This document shows, piece by piece, positions 50,625 through 60,194 of a stretch of DNA of 64,000 nt. The DNA is from an uncultured Verrucomicrobiae bacterium (lineage in GTDB: Bacteria > Verrucomicrobiota > Verrucomicrobiia > Opitutales > JABDGR01): assembly GCA_963765205.1 (NCBI GenBank), contig CAVXVB010000009.1:1408001-1472000 (forward strand). The letters run 5' to 3'. The position numbers were made by a program, and so were the translations under genes. The notes beneath the pieces were generated by a model, which worked only from the letters and a program-made list of their open reading frames with translations, did not search any database and was not told where the DNA came from. Each line of letters begins with the position of its first letter. The stretch's first letter is position 1.

Positions 50625-51587
50625 TTACGCAGCCGTCGCAAGTATCTGCCTGAATGGACTTTCACATCCAGAAAAACTTCGCCGGAAAGCTTCCTCGTAT
50701 TCTGTGCGGCTCAATTTTGTGTAGTGCGCAATTGTGTGCGGCGTGGTATGTCCCACCAAGACCGCAATGATCGCATCCGGGACACCTAGTTTTGCAACCC
50801 GGTGAATGAATGCGTGCCTGAATGAGTGCGGAGTGACGTTGTTAGCAATTTTTGCCGATTGAGCTACATAGGCAACAATCCTTTGCATTGATCGGTTTGT
50901 AAGCCGCAGTGAAGAATTTCTTGATGCACCGAGGAAAAGTGCATCGCTATCAATTTTATTTTTGATCCGCCCATGCAGATAATTTTGAAGGTCTTGCTCA
51001 GTGTCAGGATTCCAGAACACACGGCGGGAATGAATCGTTTTTTCGGTTCGTATGGTTGCGGACATATCATCGTGAATGTCGTCGAGGTCGAGGGAGCAAA
51101 GCTCGCCCACTCGCAACCCTGTATCGTGGAGCATTCTGATAATGAGGCGATCTCGTAAAGCGTCAGGATGCTTTAGCTTTAGCGTTTGAATCATCGCAGC
51201 ATATTCATCCTCTCGGATCGAATAGTGAGAATTTGAGTATGCACTTGGCACACGGACGAGGTGGAGTGGCAGGGTTATTCTCCCCTGCTCTTTGAAGTAA
51301 CGGAGATAATTGCGAATGATCGTCATCGCATACCAGATGGTTTTTTCCGAGTGAAGGCCAGAAATGGAGTGCAAAAAATTCGTGACATCCGTAAGCGCAA
51401 TATGCTCAGGCGGTTTGTTTACAAATTCTTGGAATCGCTTGATCCATATCCTGTATGCTTTGCTCGCAGATTTTGTGTAGCTTGCTTTCCATGTGAGATA
51501 TTCTTCTGCCAAGGTCATATTCTGATTATTTTGGACAAAAGAATAGCTGCCTAAGAACTCACGGGCCGGTGACGTGATAGTGTTCAT
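50625..51587 (-). CDS. Tyrosine recombinase (XerC/D-like)
   Basis: DTGLRVGEL, TEKT, TPHSFRH, LVGH, TIAHYT catalytic set; start 51587 or 51518. Confidence 0.88.
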   Translation of the reverse strand: MNTITSPAREFLGSYSFVQNNQNMTLAEEYLTWKASYTKSASKAYRIWIKRFQEFVNKPPEHIALTDVTNFLHSISGLHSEKTIWYAMTIIRNYLRYFKEQGRITLPLHLVRVPSAYSNSHYSIREDEYAAMIQTLKLKHPDALRDRLIIRMLHDTGLRVGELCSLDLDDIHDDMSATIRTEKTIHSRRVFWNPDTEQDLQNYLHGRIKNKIDSDALFLGASRNSSLRLTNRSMQRIVAYVAQSAKIANNVTPHSFRHAFIHRVAKLGVPDAIIAVLVGHTTPHTIAHYTKLSRTEYEEAFRRSFSGCESPFRQILATAA

Positions 51588-52134
51588 TTTTTTGGTTTGA
51601 TTATACGAGTAAAGAAAGTCGCCATTTTTAGAAGAACTGATGTCGCAACAAAAATTCCATGCCAAGAGGGCATCCATGTTGCGGTTGTATGGCGACTGAA
51701 AATCTGACAATGAGCATCGAGTAAAACGAAGCTGCATTGTATCAGACCCATTGGCACTCATCAGAAAAGTTTTGGTTTACCGGCCTCGCTTTCCTTTTTT
51801 TGCCAAATCGAAACCACCCACCTGCTACGGCTTTCCGGCCTCGCAAAGTGGGTGGTCACATAAAGTTTACCACACACGTTCATTGCAGCCGGAAAGCTCT
51901 TGTGGAAAATCCCCAAGACGCTCCTAATGGAGCGCATCGCAATGTGTGTTTCGATACTGTCTATGCTACTCCACACCCCCGCACCTTGTCAAAGTTCGCC
52001 AAGGTGCGATAATGGAAGCACGGTTTTCTCTAGCTGCGATTTGCAGCCCTACAAAAGGGTATACAAAACTGCTATGTATACCCTCTGCCCTATCGGGCAC
52101 CCGAAATACGTTATCACGTATGGGTTTACTGGCT

Positions 52135-52273
52135 CCCCACGTTGGTCGGTCTGCGCCCGACTTAGCGCGTGTTCCTATGGCTATCGGGGTCGGTCCGGTT
52201 TAACCAACCGGCTGCGACCCAACCCGCGCTAAGTCGGCCGCAACCGGCTACCGCCTGACCGACCAACGTGGGG
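52135..52273. other. Large nested hairpin upstream of the ATPase-relaxase operon (oriT/sso candidate)
   Basis: 17-bp arms ccccacgttggtcggtc / gaccgaccaacgtgggg enclosing ccgacttagcgcg / cgcgctaagtcgg, gggtcg / cgaccc and ccggtt / aaccgg. Confidence 0.6.
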
Positions 52274-52477
52274 GCACGACGGGTTTTACTACGGGCGCTA
52301 AGACGGGTTCCGCTTACGCGGGTTAGCACCTCCCTATCACTTACGCGCCTTTGACGACGGGTTTTCAGGGCCAGTCCCCGATTACCTTCCCGGCTCGATC
52401 ACCATGCGCATGTCGGAGACACGGCGCGACGACACGCAGCGCCGTGAAGGAGTGGAGGCTGGCCCTGGCAACTTTAT

Positions 52478-53764
52478 ATGGACAACGACACAATTATCAT
52501 TGGCACACGAACATACTACGGTGGCGACGAGCGGCAGTTTGGCATGAAGCCCGCTGACGCCCGACACCACCTTTACGTCATCGGCAAAACAGGTTCAGGG
52601 AAAACGACCCTGCTTCGCAACCTGCTTATTCAGCATGCCGGCGCGGGGCGCGGCTTTGCCCTGATTGACCCGCACGGCGACCTTGCCGAGGAAATCTTGC
52701 AGCACATCCCCATGCACCGGGCCGATGATCTCGTGTATTTCAATCCTGCCGACCTTGAATACCCCATTGGGATCAATCTCATCGGTCAGGTGCCACCCGA
52801 CGACCGGCACTTGGTTGCCTCGGGCATCGTCTCCGCATTCAAAAGTATATGGGATTCCTGGGGGCCAAGGATGGAATACATCCTCTACAATGCCGTCGCA
52901 GCGTTGCTCGACTGCGAAAACACGACGCTGCTTGGACTTCCCCGCCTGCTTACCGACCCCGCCTACCGCGAATGGGTTGTCCGGCAGGTCAAAGACCCGG
53001 TGATCCGTGCATTTTGGGTAACAGAGTTTGCGGGTTACGATGACAGATTCATGCGCGAGGCCATCGCACCCATCCAGAACAAAATCGGCCAATTCCTCGC
53101 CAGCCCACCAGTACGGAACATCCTCGGCCAAGTCAAAAGCAAGGTCGATTTCCGCTTTATGATGGATACCGGACGCATCTTCATCGCCAACTTGAGCAAA
53201 GGGAGACTTGGCGAAGACAAGGCCAACCTTTTGGGGTCGCTTGTGGTAACGCAGTTCCAGCTTGCCGCCATGAGCCGCGCGACCAAGGCCGAAGAGTCGC
53301 GCCGGGATTTTTTCCTTCTCATTGACGAGTTCCAGAATTTCACAACCGATGCCTTCGCCTCAGTTCTCTCGGAGGCTCGCAAATATCATCTCTGCCTTAC
53401 CCTCTCCCACCAATACATTGACCAGTTGACGCCAAAAGTGCGCAGTGCCGTCCTGGGTAATGTCGGCGGCGTGATCTCGTTCCGAATCGGCAGCACAGAC
53501 GCGGAAATTCTTACGCGGGAGTTTGGAGGCGATTACGCCGCCAGCCAATTTGTCGAGCTTGAGCGATTTGAGGTCTTGGCCCGCATTCTTAATGATGGCG
53601 AAAGCGTCGGGCCCTTCCGGGCACGGACGCTTCCGCCGATTTCAAATGCTCACACCAAGCGCGACGCGCTTATCGCCCATTCACGCGAAAAATACGGCAG
53701 TCGGAGGAGCATCGTTGAAGGGAAAATAGCCCGTTGGTTTAGCTCGCAAAAATACGATGCGTGA
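52478..53764 (+). CDS. VirD4/TrwB-like coupling ATPase (no TM anchor)
   Basis: HLYVIGKTGSGKT, LIDPHGDL, WGPRMEYIL, LLIDEFQNF, LSEARKY, HQYIDQL. Confidence 0.88.
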   Translation: MDNDTIIIGTRTYYGGDERQFGMKPADARHHLYVIGKTGSGKTTLLRNLLIQHAGAGRGFALIDPHGDLAEEILQHIPMHRADDLVYFNPADLEYPIGINLIGQVPPDDRHLVASGIVSAFKSIWDSWGPRMEYILYNAVAALLDCENTTLLGLPRLLTDPAYREWVVRQVKDPVIRAFWVTEFAGYDDRFMREAIAPIQNKIGQFLASPPVRNILGQVKSKVDFRFMMDTGRIFIANLSKGRLGEDKANLLGSLVVTQFQLAAMSRATKAEESRRDFFLLIDEFQNFTTDAFASVLSEARKYHLCLTLSHQYIDQLTPKVRSAVLGNVGGVISFRIGSTDAEILTREFGGDYAASQFVELERFEVLARILNDGESVGPFRARTLPPISNAHTKRDALIAHSREKYGSRRSIVEGKIARWFSSQKYDA

Positions 53765-54635
53765 GCCCCACCCCCGAAAACCTCGATTCAAACGCGCGCC
53801 CGATGCCCCGAATTTCCGCCCGACGCCACGGGATGTTGAAATTATCCGGCATGTCACCCGCTACCGTTTTCTCCGGTCAACGCATCTTGCGGCCCTGACT
53901 GGTGCAAGTCAGCAAGTTATTTCTCGACGCCTGAACTTGCTTTTTCACCACGGCTATCTTGCTCGGCCATCCGAACAACTCTCCCTAAACCGCTTACATG
54001 GCAATCAGCCCATGGTCTACAGCCCCAAAGGGCTATCCGCTGGCAGTCGTTTCATTGAACACGCCTTGGCGGTCTCGGATTTCATGATCGCACTTGAAAG
54101 TGCGTGCGCAATGCATCCAGGCACCCGCTTCATTGATCAGGATGAAATTATTTCTCTTGCGCCGCACTCGACTAAAGCAAACCGCCATCCTCTTTACTGG
54201 TCCGTTACACTTTATGCCCACGGTAAAAAGCACCGCCTTGGAGTCATTCCCGACAGACTCTTTGGAATTGAAATCAAAGGAGAAAACAGTCCTTCAAGAA
54301 TTGGCTACTTCTTTTTGGAGGCTGACCGCGGTACGATGCCCATCACTCGCCAATCGTTCAATCAAACTTCAATTTCAAAAAAGCTTATCGCCTACACGGA
54401 AACATGGAGGCAAAAAGACCACCAAAGACAATTGGGCATTCCACGCTTCCGAGTTGTGATCGTAACAACCGACGCAGCACGGGCAGGAAGTATTATGGAA
54501 GCGTGCCGCATGGCATCCGGTGGCAGCCTTTTCCTTGTAATGGACAAGTCAAAGCTTACGGTACGGACTTCCCCACTCGACGTATTGTTTCAAACTACAT
54601 CGGGGACGCCCGTGCGACTCATGGATGGAATCTGA
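53757..54635 (+). CDS. Replication-relaxation (Replic_Relax) family protein
   Basis: TPRDVEII...YRFLRSTHL wHTH, EHALAVSD, IPD, FLEADRGT, KKLIAY; overlaps the ATPase by 8 bp. Confidence 0.85.
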   Translation: MREPHPRKPRFKRAPDAPNFRPTPRDVEIIRHVTRYRFLRSTHLAALTGASQQVISRRLNLLFHHGYLARPSEQLSLNRLHGNQPMVYSPKGLSAGSRFIEHALAVSDFMIALESACAMHPGTRFIDQDEIISLAPHSTKANRHPLYWSVTLYAHGKKHRLGVIPDRLFGIEIKGENSPSRIGYFFLEADRGTMPITRQSFNQTSISKKLIAYTETWRQKDHQRQLGIPRFRVVIVTTDAARAGSIMEACRMASGGSLFLVMDKSKLTVRTSPLDVLFQTTSGTPVRLMDGI

Positions 54636-54770
54636 AACTGATTCCCCACCCGCCGACCGGTGAACGTGCGGGCGACGTTCCGCGTTCGCTCCACTTCCCG
54701 TCCGTTAATTCTCCGGACGGCCCCTTCCTTATTTTGAAAAAAGAACCAAAAGCCCGAACAGTCGCAGACC
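54635..54770. repeat. Imperfect direct repeat, left of the cargo cassette
   Basis: cccacc..accggtga..gggc..cgttc..cgctccactt..ccgtt..ttctccggac..ttttgaaaaaagaaccaaaa..gtcgcagac, colinear with 57110-57258. Confidence 0.7.
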
Positions 54771-54874
54771 CATGCGAAAGCGTCACGCCTTGTCCGGTGA
54801 CTTTGGCCACAAGTCGCTTAAAGATTTAGTGTTGCATCCATCTCGAGAAGCTCTAAATTTTGGCTTTTTCTGCC

Positions 54875-55447
54875 ATGAGTAAACCAACGAGCCATGCCAT
54901 GGGTCAACAAGTGCATCTCTTGACTCGGATTCGCAACAGTAAATTCAGAGCTTGGTTTTTCTGGCAAGTCACCCTACCCGCACTAGCGATTTTCTTTTGC
55001 TGGCCATTTGCCTATGGGCTGCATGTCCAGTATTCATTTCAGAGAAGCTTCATCGGCGGGGACTTATTCTTGCTCGGCGTCCTTCTTTGTATTGGTATCC
55101 TGATTGAAATTCGCGAGGAGGAAAAATACAGGGCAACGTTTGTTGATGTTGATCCCAAAGATACGCTTGATAAGCTTTTCCATCTAAATCTTTTATTCGC
55201 ACTTTTGTATATTCTCGCATACCTGGGAGCTAGAAAGATTGATATGCAATTTGATTTTCCGGTGACATTTACCCCCGATCCAAGCCATCCCTTTGTTATG
55301 CCTTCAGCTGTAAATGGCATGGCTTTTTGTTCACTTTTTGGAGGCGTTTGCGCGATTGCATGGAGTTATTTTGTTTATAGAAAGGCCTCCAATATATTTC
55401 TTAAAGCGCAAGTTCATGAACTTAAAGCCGCAAATGGTAAATCATAA
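54875..55447 (+). CDS. Hypothetical 4-TM membrane protein
   Basis: Four hydrophobic segments, AT-rich, first gene of a 3-gene run. Confidence 0.65.
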   Translation: MSKPTSHAMGQQVHLLTRIRNSKFRAWFFWQVTLPALAIFFCWPFAYGLHVQYSFQRSFIGGDLFLLGVLLCIGILIEIREEEKYRATFVDVDPKDTLDKLFHLNLLFALLYILAYLGARKIDMQFDFPVTFTPDPSHPFVMPSAVNGMAFCSLFGGVCAIAWSYFVYRKASNIFLKAQVHELKAANGKS

Positions 55448-55458
55448 AATCAGCAACC

Positions 55459-56223
55459 ATGGACTTCGATTCTATATTTACTATGGTGATTGCTGCAATT
55501 TTTGCTATTAGCATAATTTGCATTTGTGTGGCAATTGTTAAGGAACGAAAAGTTCGCATTGCTTACGAAGCCGAACTCAAGAAATTATTGGCAACACCTT
55601 CGGAGGACTGCAATGAATTTGACGCCGACAACGCACCTAGTTCTTCCACTCCACTTGTTCTAAATCATGAAAATTGGGCCAACTTTGAGCTATCTTTGAA
55701 AAACTTGGTTGAAGTGATAATTTTGTCTAGTGTCGTTGAGATACCAAGAAATGGGTTGCTTAAGGCTGTTATGGGCAATTTTACCAGGGGAGTTCAATAC
55801 CGGTTCATCGTTTCTGGCGACAGAGTTGAAACCGAAGTTAATGGCTACTATAAAATATTTGAAGTGATCGCAACAACCATTGCGGCCAAAAATAATTTGA
55901 AAATCCCTATTAAGAACCTAATTAGCATTTCGCGTTTACCTGACAATTGGAATAATGTACCCTGTGTATTTTATCGCTTTCGGGAGAGCGAAAACCCAAA
56001 TTCCAGGATTCGCACAATTGCCTTTCGCGGTGACAGAGCAGGAGTTGGAATTGCAGATAGTTACATTGCAATTGAACATGAGCTTGCAGAGGCTCTTTTC
56101 ACGCTTCTAATTGGACAACCTCCTGAAAAAATTGGACATTTGATTCAGGGCCGAAGTGCAGATACCTTTCCCAACCCGGTCGCTGTGGTTTCGCAGACAC
56201 AAACCGCGACAATGTTAAATTGA
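55459..56223 (+). CDS. Hypothetical protein, N-terminal TM plus alpha/beta soluble domain
   Basis: 254-aa ORF 11 bp after the previous gene; VEVIILSS...AVMGNFTRGVQYRFIVS loosely recalls degenerate PLD-like folds. Confidence 0.65.
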   Translation: MDFDSIFTMVIAAIFAISIICICVAIVKERKVRIAYEAELKKLLATPSEDCNEFDADNAPSSSTPLVLNHENWANFELSLKNLVEVIILSSVVEIPRNGLLKAVMGNFTRGVQYRFIVSGDRVETEVNGYYKIFEVIATTIAAKNNLKIPIKNLISISRLPDNWNNVPCVFYRFRESENPNSRIRTIAFRGDRAGVGIADSYIAIEHELAEALFTLLIGQPPEKIGHLIQGRSADTFPNPVAVVSQTQTATMLN

Positions 56224-56264
56224 TGTGTGTTGCACACCTTATTGAACCATGATTTAATACCTAT

Positions 56265-56936
56265 ATGAAACAATATCGCTTTCTCAGTATTATTACAATA
56301 TTATACATCACTTTTCAGCTAGTTTCTGACGTAACGGCTGGAAAACTGATTAGCTTCTTTGGCTTTCCGGTTTCGGTAACGGTCTTGTATTTTCCCGTTA
56401 CATATATTATCGGCGATATTCTCACGGAGGTTTATGGCTACTCCCGGGCGAGGAAAGTCGTATGGGAGGTGCTACTTGCGTCTGTGCTCGCAGGTTTAGT
56501 TTATCAGCTTGTTGTTTACTTACCCGCAGCCAATGGGTTCAATGCGAACGATGCATATGTAACAGTGTTTGGTTCCGTGCCGAGAATTTTGCTTGGCGGT
56601 TGGATCGCAGTCTGGGTTGGCGGGATTCTAAATGATTATGTTTTGGCCAAAATGAAAGTATGGACAAATGGGAAATATCTTTGGACACGGACCATTGGTT
56701 CTACAATTGTAAGTGAATTTGCAAATACAGCCCTTTTCTACACAATCGCGCTGTCTGGCATTTTGCCAAGCAACATCTTGGTTCAGGCAATACTTACAGG
56801 GTGGATGATCAAGGTTGCTGTTGAAGTTATTTTTACTCCGTGGACTTATTGGGTTGTCGCCAAACTTAAACGCCTTGAAAACGAAGACTACTACGACCGT
56901 ACAACTAATTTTAATCCGTTTATATTTAAATCCTGA
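56265..56936 (+). CDS. yhhQ: Queuosine-precursor transporter (VUT/YhhQ family)
   Basis: FPVTYIIGDILTEVYG...ARKVVW, VPRILLG, LWTRTIGSTIVSEFANT, KRLENEDYYDRTTNFNPF. Confidence 0.9.
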   Translation: MKQYRFLSIITILYITFQLVSDVTAGKLISFFGFPVSVTVLYFPVTYIIGDILTEVYGYSRARKVVWEVLLASVLAGLVYQLVVYLPAANGFNANDAYVTVFGSVPRILLGGWIAVWVGGILNDYVLAKMKVWTNGKYLWTRTIGSTIVSEFANTALFYTIALSGILPSNILVQAILTGWMIKVAVEVIFTPWTYWVVAKLKRLENEDYYDRTTNFNPFIFKS

Positions 56937-57109
56937 AATCTCACGCTGATTTTGGCAGCATTCTTACACCATCGGGCCAATAAACTGCTGACTTCTGCTC
57001 AGTGAGTCCTTTCGGTGTCGTTACGTTTATGGCTTTGATTTCTCCTGTGTGTACTTTTGCTATCCCACTATTTTGTGTCTGAAGTTTTGTGCTATTAGAT
57101 AACGTCCGT

Positions 57110-57258
57110 CTAAACTTAGTGCCCACCCCGCATACCGGCGAGACTACCGGGCAGTCGTTCGCGAAGCGCTCCACTTGCTGCCCGTTCGTTCGCCGGACTG
57201 CGTCCACCCTTCTTTTTTGAGAAAAAAAGAACCAAAAAAATGCGGGTCGTCACAGACT
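57110..57258. repeat. Imperfect direct repeat, right of the cargo cassette
   Basis: cccacc..accggcga..gggc..cgttc..cgctccactt..ccgtt..ttcgccggac..ttttgagaaaaaaagaaccaaaa..gtcacagac. Confidence 0.7.
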
Positions 57259-57417
57259 CCGGTGCAAACTGCTGTTTGACCGGAGACTGCTTTGGACCCG
57301 ACAACGGGTTAGGAGAAAACTGGCTGACTTTGGCTAACTGATGGGGCGTGCTACGATGTTGTCCGAACATGGTCCACAACGGGCCATGCGTTCTTTCCCA
57401 ACCACCAAGGAGTTCCC

Positions 57418-58482
57418 ATGTCCAAAAAATCCACCCGATTTATTGACTTCAAAGCCTTGAAGACGGCCGTGAAGATGGAGCAGGTCTTGGCCCATTACAG
57501 GTTGACCGAGCAATTCAAACCCGGCAACGACAGCTTGAGCGGGCCGTGCCCGATTCACAAGGGCACGCACCCTACGCAGTTTCGAGTCAGCATTTCCAAA
57601 AATTGCTGGCACTGTTTCTCGGATTGCCATTGTGGCGGAAACGTCCTCGATTTTGTCGCCAAAATGGAGAATGTTGACGCCAACGAAGCGGCAAACCGGA
57701 TGGTCGAATGGTTCAATCTCGACATAAAGAAGTTGAATGCTGACTCCGAAGGGGCAGAACGAAAGTCAGGCCCCAGGGAAGCCGCAGGAGGCAGACCGCC
57801 ACCAGCCAGCCGTGCCAAAGAGACTCAGTCTCCCCCGCCACCCTCGAAAGAGAATGAAACGAAGGAGCCGGCAGTAAACAAGCCGCTGGGTTTTGCCCTA
57901 AAGTTGGAACCCGGTCACCTGTATCTCACCGAACGCGGTTTGACGCCGGAGACCGTGGCGGAATTTGGCCTCGGCTTTTGCGCCAAGGGCGTCATGTCGG
58001 GGCGCATTGCCATCCCTATTGACAACATGAAGGGTGAGCTTGTCGGCTATGCCGGACGCTGGCCGGGCGAGCCACCGGAAGAGCGCCCGAAGTATCGGCT
58101 ACCGGACGGGTTCAAAAAGTCATCGGAGGTCTATCGCCTTCCACACGCATTGCGGGAGCCGGAGGCGTATCCTCTTATCATCGTCGAAGGATTCTTTGAC
58201 GTGATGAAACTCTGGCAGCTAGGCATCCGCAAGGCAGTGGCCTTGATGGGCAGTTCGATGTCAGTGGCACAGGAACAACTCATCATCCGCGTCATCAAAG
58301 CAAACAGCACGATCATCGTGATGTTTGATGAGGACGACGCAGGGCGCACCGGACGCGCGGACGTGTTGCAACGCCTGGCGACCAAAGTATTCGTGCGTGT
58401 AGTGAAGTTTGCCGAGGAAGATTATCAGCCCGAAAAACTAACTGCGGAGGAGGCCAGGAAACTTGGCCTAATCCAACCATGA
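57418..58482 (+). CDS. CHC2 zinc finger-Toprim DnaG-like primase
   Basis: CPIH...WHCFSDC, YLTERGL, GYAGR, PKY, IVEGFFDV, MFDEDDAG. Confidence 0.9.
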   Translation: MSKKSTRFIDFKALKTAVKMEQVLAHYRLTEQFKPGNDSLSGPCPIHKGTHPTQFRVSISKNCWHCFSDCHCGGNVLDFVAKMENVDANEAANRMVEWFNLDIKKLNADSEGAERKSGPREAAGGRPPPASRAKETQSPPPPSKENETKEPAVNKPLGFALKLEPGHLYLTERGLTPETVAEFGLGFCAKGVMSGRIAIPIDNMKGELVGYAGRWPGEPPEERPKYRLPDGFKKSSEVYRLPHALREPEAYPLIIVEGFFDVMKLWQLGIRKAVALMGSSMSVAQEQLIIRVIKANSTIIVMFDEDDAGRTGRADVLQRLATKVFVRVVKFAEEDYQPEKLTAEEARKLGLIQP

Positions 58483-58559
58483 ATACCGCAAAGTTTGCTC
58501 TGGGCCAGACCGCTCGGCGACAACGATCCTACTCCCGGAAGACTATTGAAGTCTTCCCC

Positions 58560-58590
58560 ACCCCCTTTCGAAAGAAAGGGGGTTTTATTT
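58560..58590 (+). terminator. Intrinsic terminator after the primase
   Basis: accccctttc-gaaa-gaaagggggt then tttattt. Confidence 0.75.
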
Positions 58591-58659
58591 AGCCTCCACA
58601 AACGCCACGAAATCCTCTTAACAAAATTGCTTCATGTCTTTCCAGACGGCTTGTGGTAT
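58580..58659 (-). pseudogene. Degenerate 80-bp duplicate of the 3' end of gene 60391-60831
   Basis: 68/80 identical to 60386-60465; reads IPQAVWKDMKQFC*EDFVAFVEAK*. Confidence 0.8.
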
Positions 58660-58674
58660 GGAACTGTCGCGGGC

Positions 58675-58705
58675 AAAAAAAGACCCGCCGATGATGGCGG
58701 GTCTT
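58675..58705 (-). terminator. Intrinsic terminator after the DUF932 gene
   Basis: aagacccgcc / ggcgggtctt stem preceded by an A-run on the + strand. Confidence 0.75.
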
Positions 58706-58718
58706 GCTACTGTGATCG

Positions 58719-59495
58719 CTAATTCACACCGACGGCGGCAACCTCAGCGTCAATCACTCCGGCGTTTAACAAGCCGACGTGACCGTCAAACAATCCGTGC
58801 AGGGCTTCCGTGCGTTTGGGCAGGAGCATCAGATTTTCGCCTTTCAACGTTTCCGTGAAGGCGTTAAAGAAACTCCAGGCCGTGCGCGGAGCAAATGCCT
58901 CATGCGCCGGTTTGCGCCATTGGCTTAACACCGGGAGCACCGTGCGCGAACCAATGACCCCAATGTCGAGAGCGCGAACCACAAGATCATGCGCATCCCG
59001 GTCGTCAATCGCGTGCTCTTTGTAGGCCGCAATGCGCCGTTCTTGCGTGTGCCATTTTTCGGCCACGCGCGCCACGGCCCGCTCGGCAATCAAGGGCAAA
59101 TCGCGGAGGATGAAACGAGTGTGCTTGCGCGCAAACTTGACTTCGCCCCCGAAGGCGAGGTTGTCGCAGACAAACACTTGGGTTCCGGCGACAATGCCCG
59201 CCGGGAAGGTTTTGTCATGCGAGTTGCGCAAACCTAGCACCCAGGCGTAATCGGTTTCCTCGCGCCCGTTGCGAATGTGCATCAGTCCGAAATAGCGCAG
59301 TCCGTCTTGCGCCAAGCAGTGCGCTTGATTGATGATTTTAAGTCGGCTGGCCGTGAGCGCCAGTTCGACTTGTTCGACCAGCCGCAGGTGCGGAATCGGT
59401 TGCCACGATGAAGTGGCGACCGGAGTGACAACGGAGTCGAGAGCCGTGCGTTCCACGGCCCGCGCTCCGCAATGGAGAACGAGGTTACAGTTCAT
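58719..59495 (-). CDS. DUF932/DUF945-family mobile-element protein
   Basis: WQPIPH, LGLRNSHDK, VFVCDNLAF, RKHT, TAWSFFNAFTE. Confidence 0.85.
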   Translation of the reverse strand: MNCNLVLHCGARAVERTALDSVVTPVATSSWQPIPHLRLVEQVELALTASRLKIINQAHCLAQDGLRYFGLMHIRNGREETDYAWVLGLRNSHDKTFPAGIVAGTQVFVCDNLAFGGEVKFARKHTRFILRDLPLIAERAVARVAEKWHTQERRIAAYKEHAIDDRDAHDLVVRALDIGVIGSRTVLPVLSQWRKPAHEAFAPRTAWSFFNAFTETLKGENLMLLPKRTEALHGLFDGHVGLLNAGVIDAEVAAVGVN

Positions 59496-59609
59496 ATTGG
59501 TATGGAGTTAAAAGGAACAGAGAGTTCCAGTCCCATTTAACCATGCCCCATTTCCCCGCACAAATATCAGTGCCCGCTTAATCGGCGTCGAAAGCCCCCA
59601 GTGCCGAAA

Positions 59610-60194
59610 TTATTTTGGTGAGTGTTCTACCGCCCACGCTTGATGTTCATGGAAATATTGAATGAACCGAATCGCCCAATCTTTCGAAGTAAAGAGGCGT
59701 GCGGAATTTCCCTCGTTCCATCCGGAGGCTGTGAAGTTGACACTGCCCTCCCAACAAACTACCGAACCGTCCTTATGTAGCACTACGAACGCTTTCCAGT
59801 GAAAAATCGCCGACGGCTCCTTGCTGTGCACACCTGCGGTGGTCAGGGTAAGATCACTGGAAGGGAGAACAGCGGCCAGCTCGGTCAGGGCTGTATGCTC
59901 AGCAGGGGTCATAGACTCGGAACGGTCAAGTAGAAGGTGAACTTTCGCACCTGTGGCTTCGTCCTTTTGCAATGCCGCAACGATTGGCTGCCAGGTAAAG
60001 CTGTATGCAGCGATATAAACTTCGTCGCCATTGCCCAGACCATCGAGCGACGCAAGTAGCGCCTTTTGTGCTGCGACAGTATCCTCGGGGATGAAGTAGT
60101 CGACCTCTGAGGAGGGAGTCAAAGTCAGTCCAGAAGGTTGAATGGCTACGACGACGCCAGCCGCAACGAGTAAAACGCAAGAAAAGAGTTTCAT
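59610..60194 (-). CDS. Secreted PLD-superfamily (Nuc-like) protein
   Basis: Signal peptide, YIAAYSFT, VHLLLD, FHWKAFVV (HxK), EGSVNFT, NEGN; single HKD-like domain. Confidence 0.75.
   Translation of the reverse strand: MKLFSCVLLVAAGVVVAIQPSGLTLTPSSEVDYFIPEDTVAAQKALLASLDGLGNGDEVYIAAYSFTWQPIVAALQKDEATGAKVHLLLDRSESMTPAEHTALTELAAVLPSSDLTLTTAGVHSKEPSAIFHWKAFVVLHKDGSVVCWEGSVNFTASGWNEGNSARLFTSKDWAIRFIQYFHEHQAWAVEHSPK

Noticed and set aside
52003..52030. dif-like site (ggtgcgataatg) near the tyrosine recombinase
   Set aside because: Only a partial XerC-arm resemblance, with no XerD arm (ttatgttaaat) at the right spacing.
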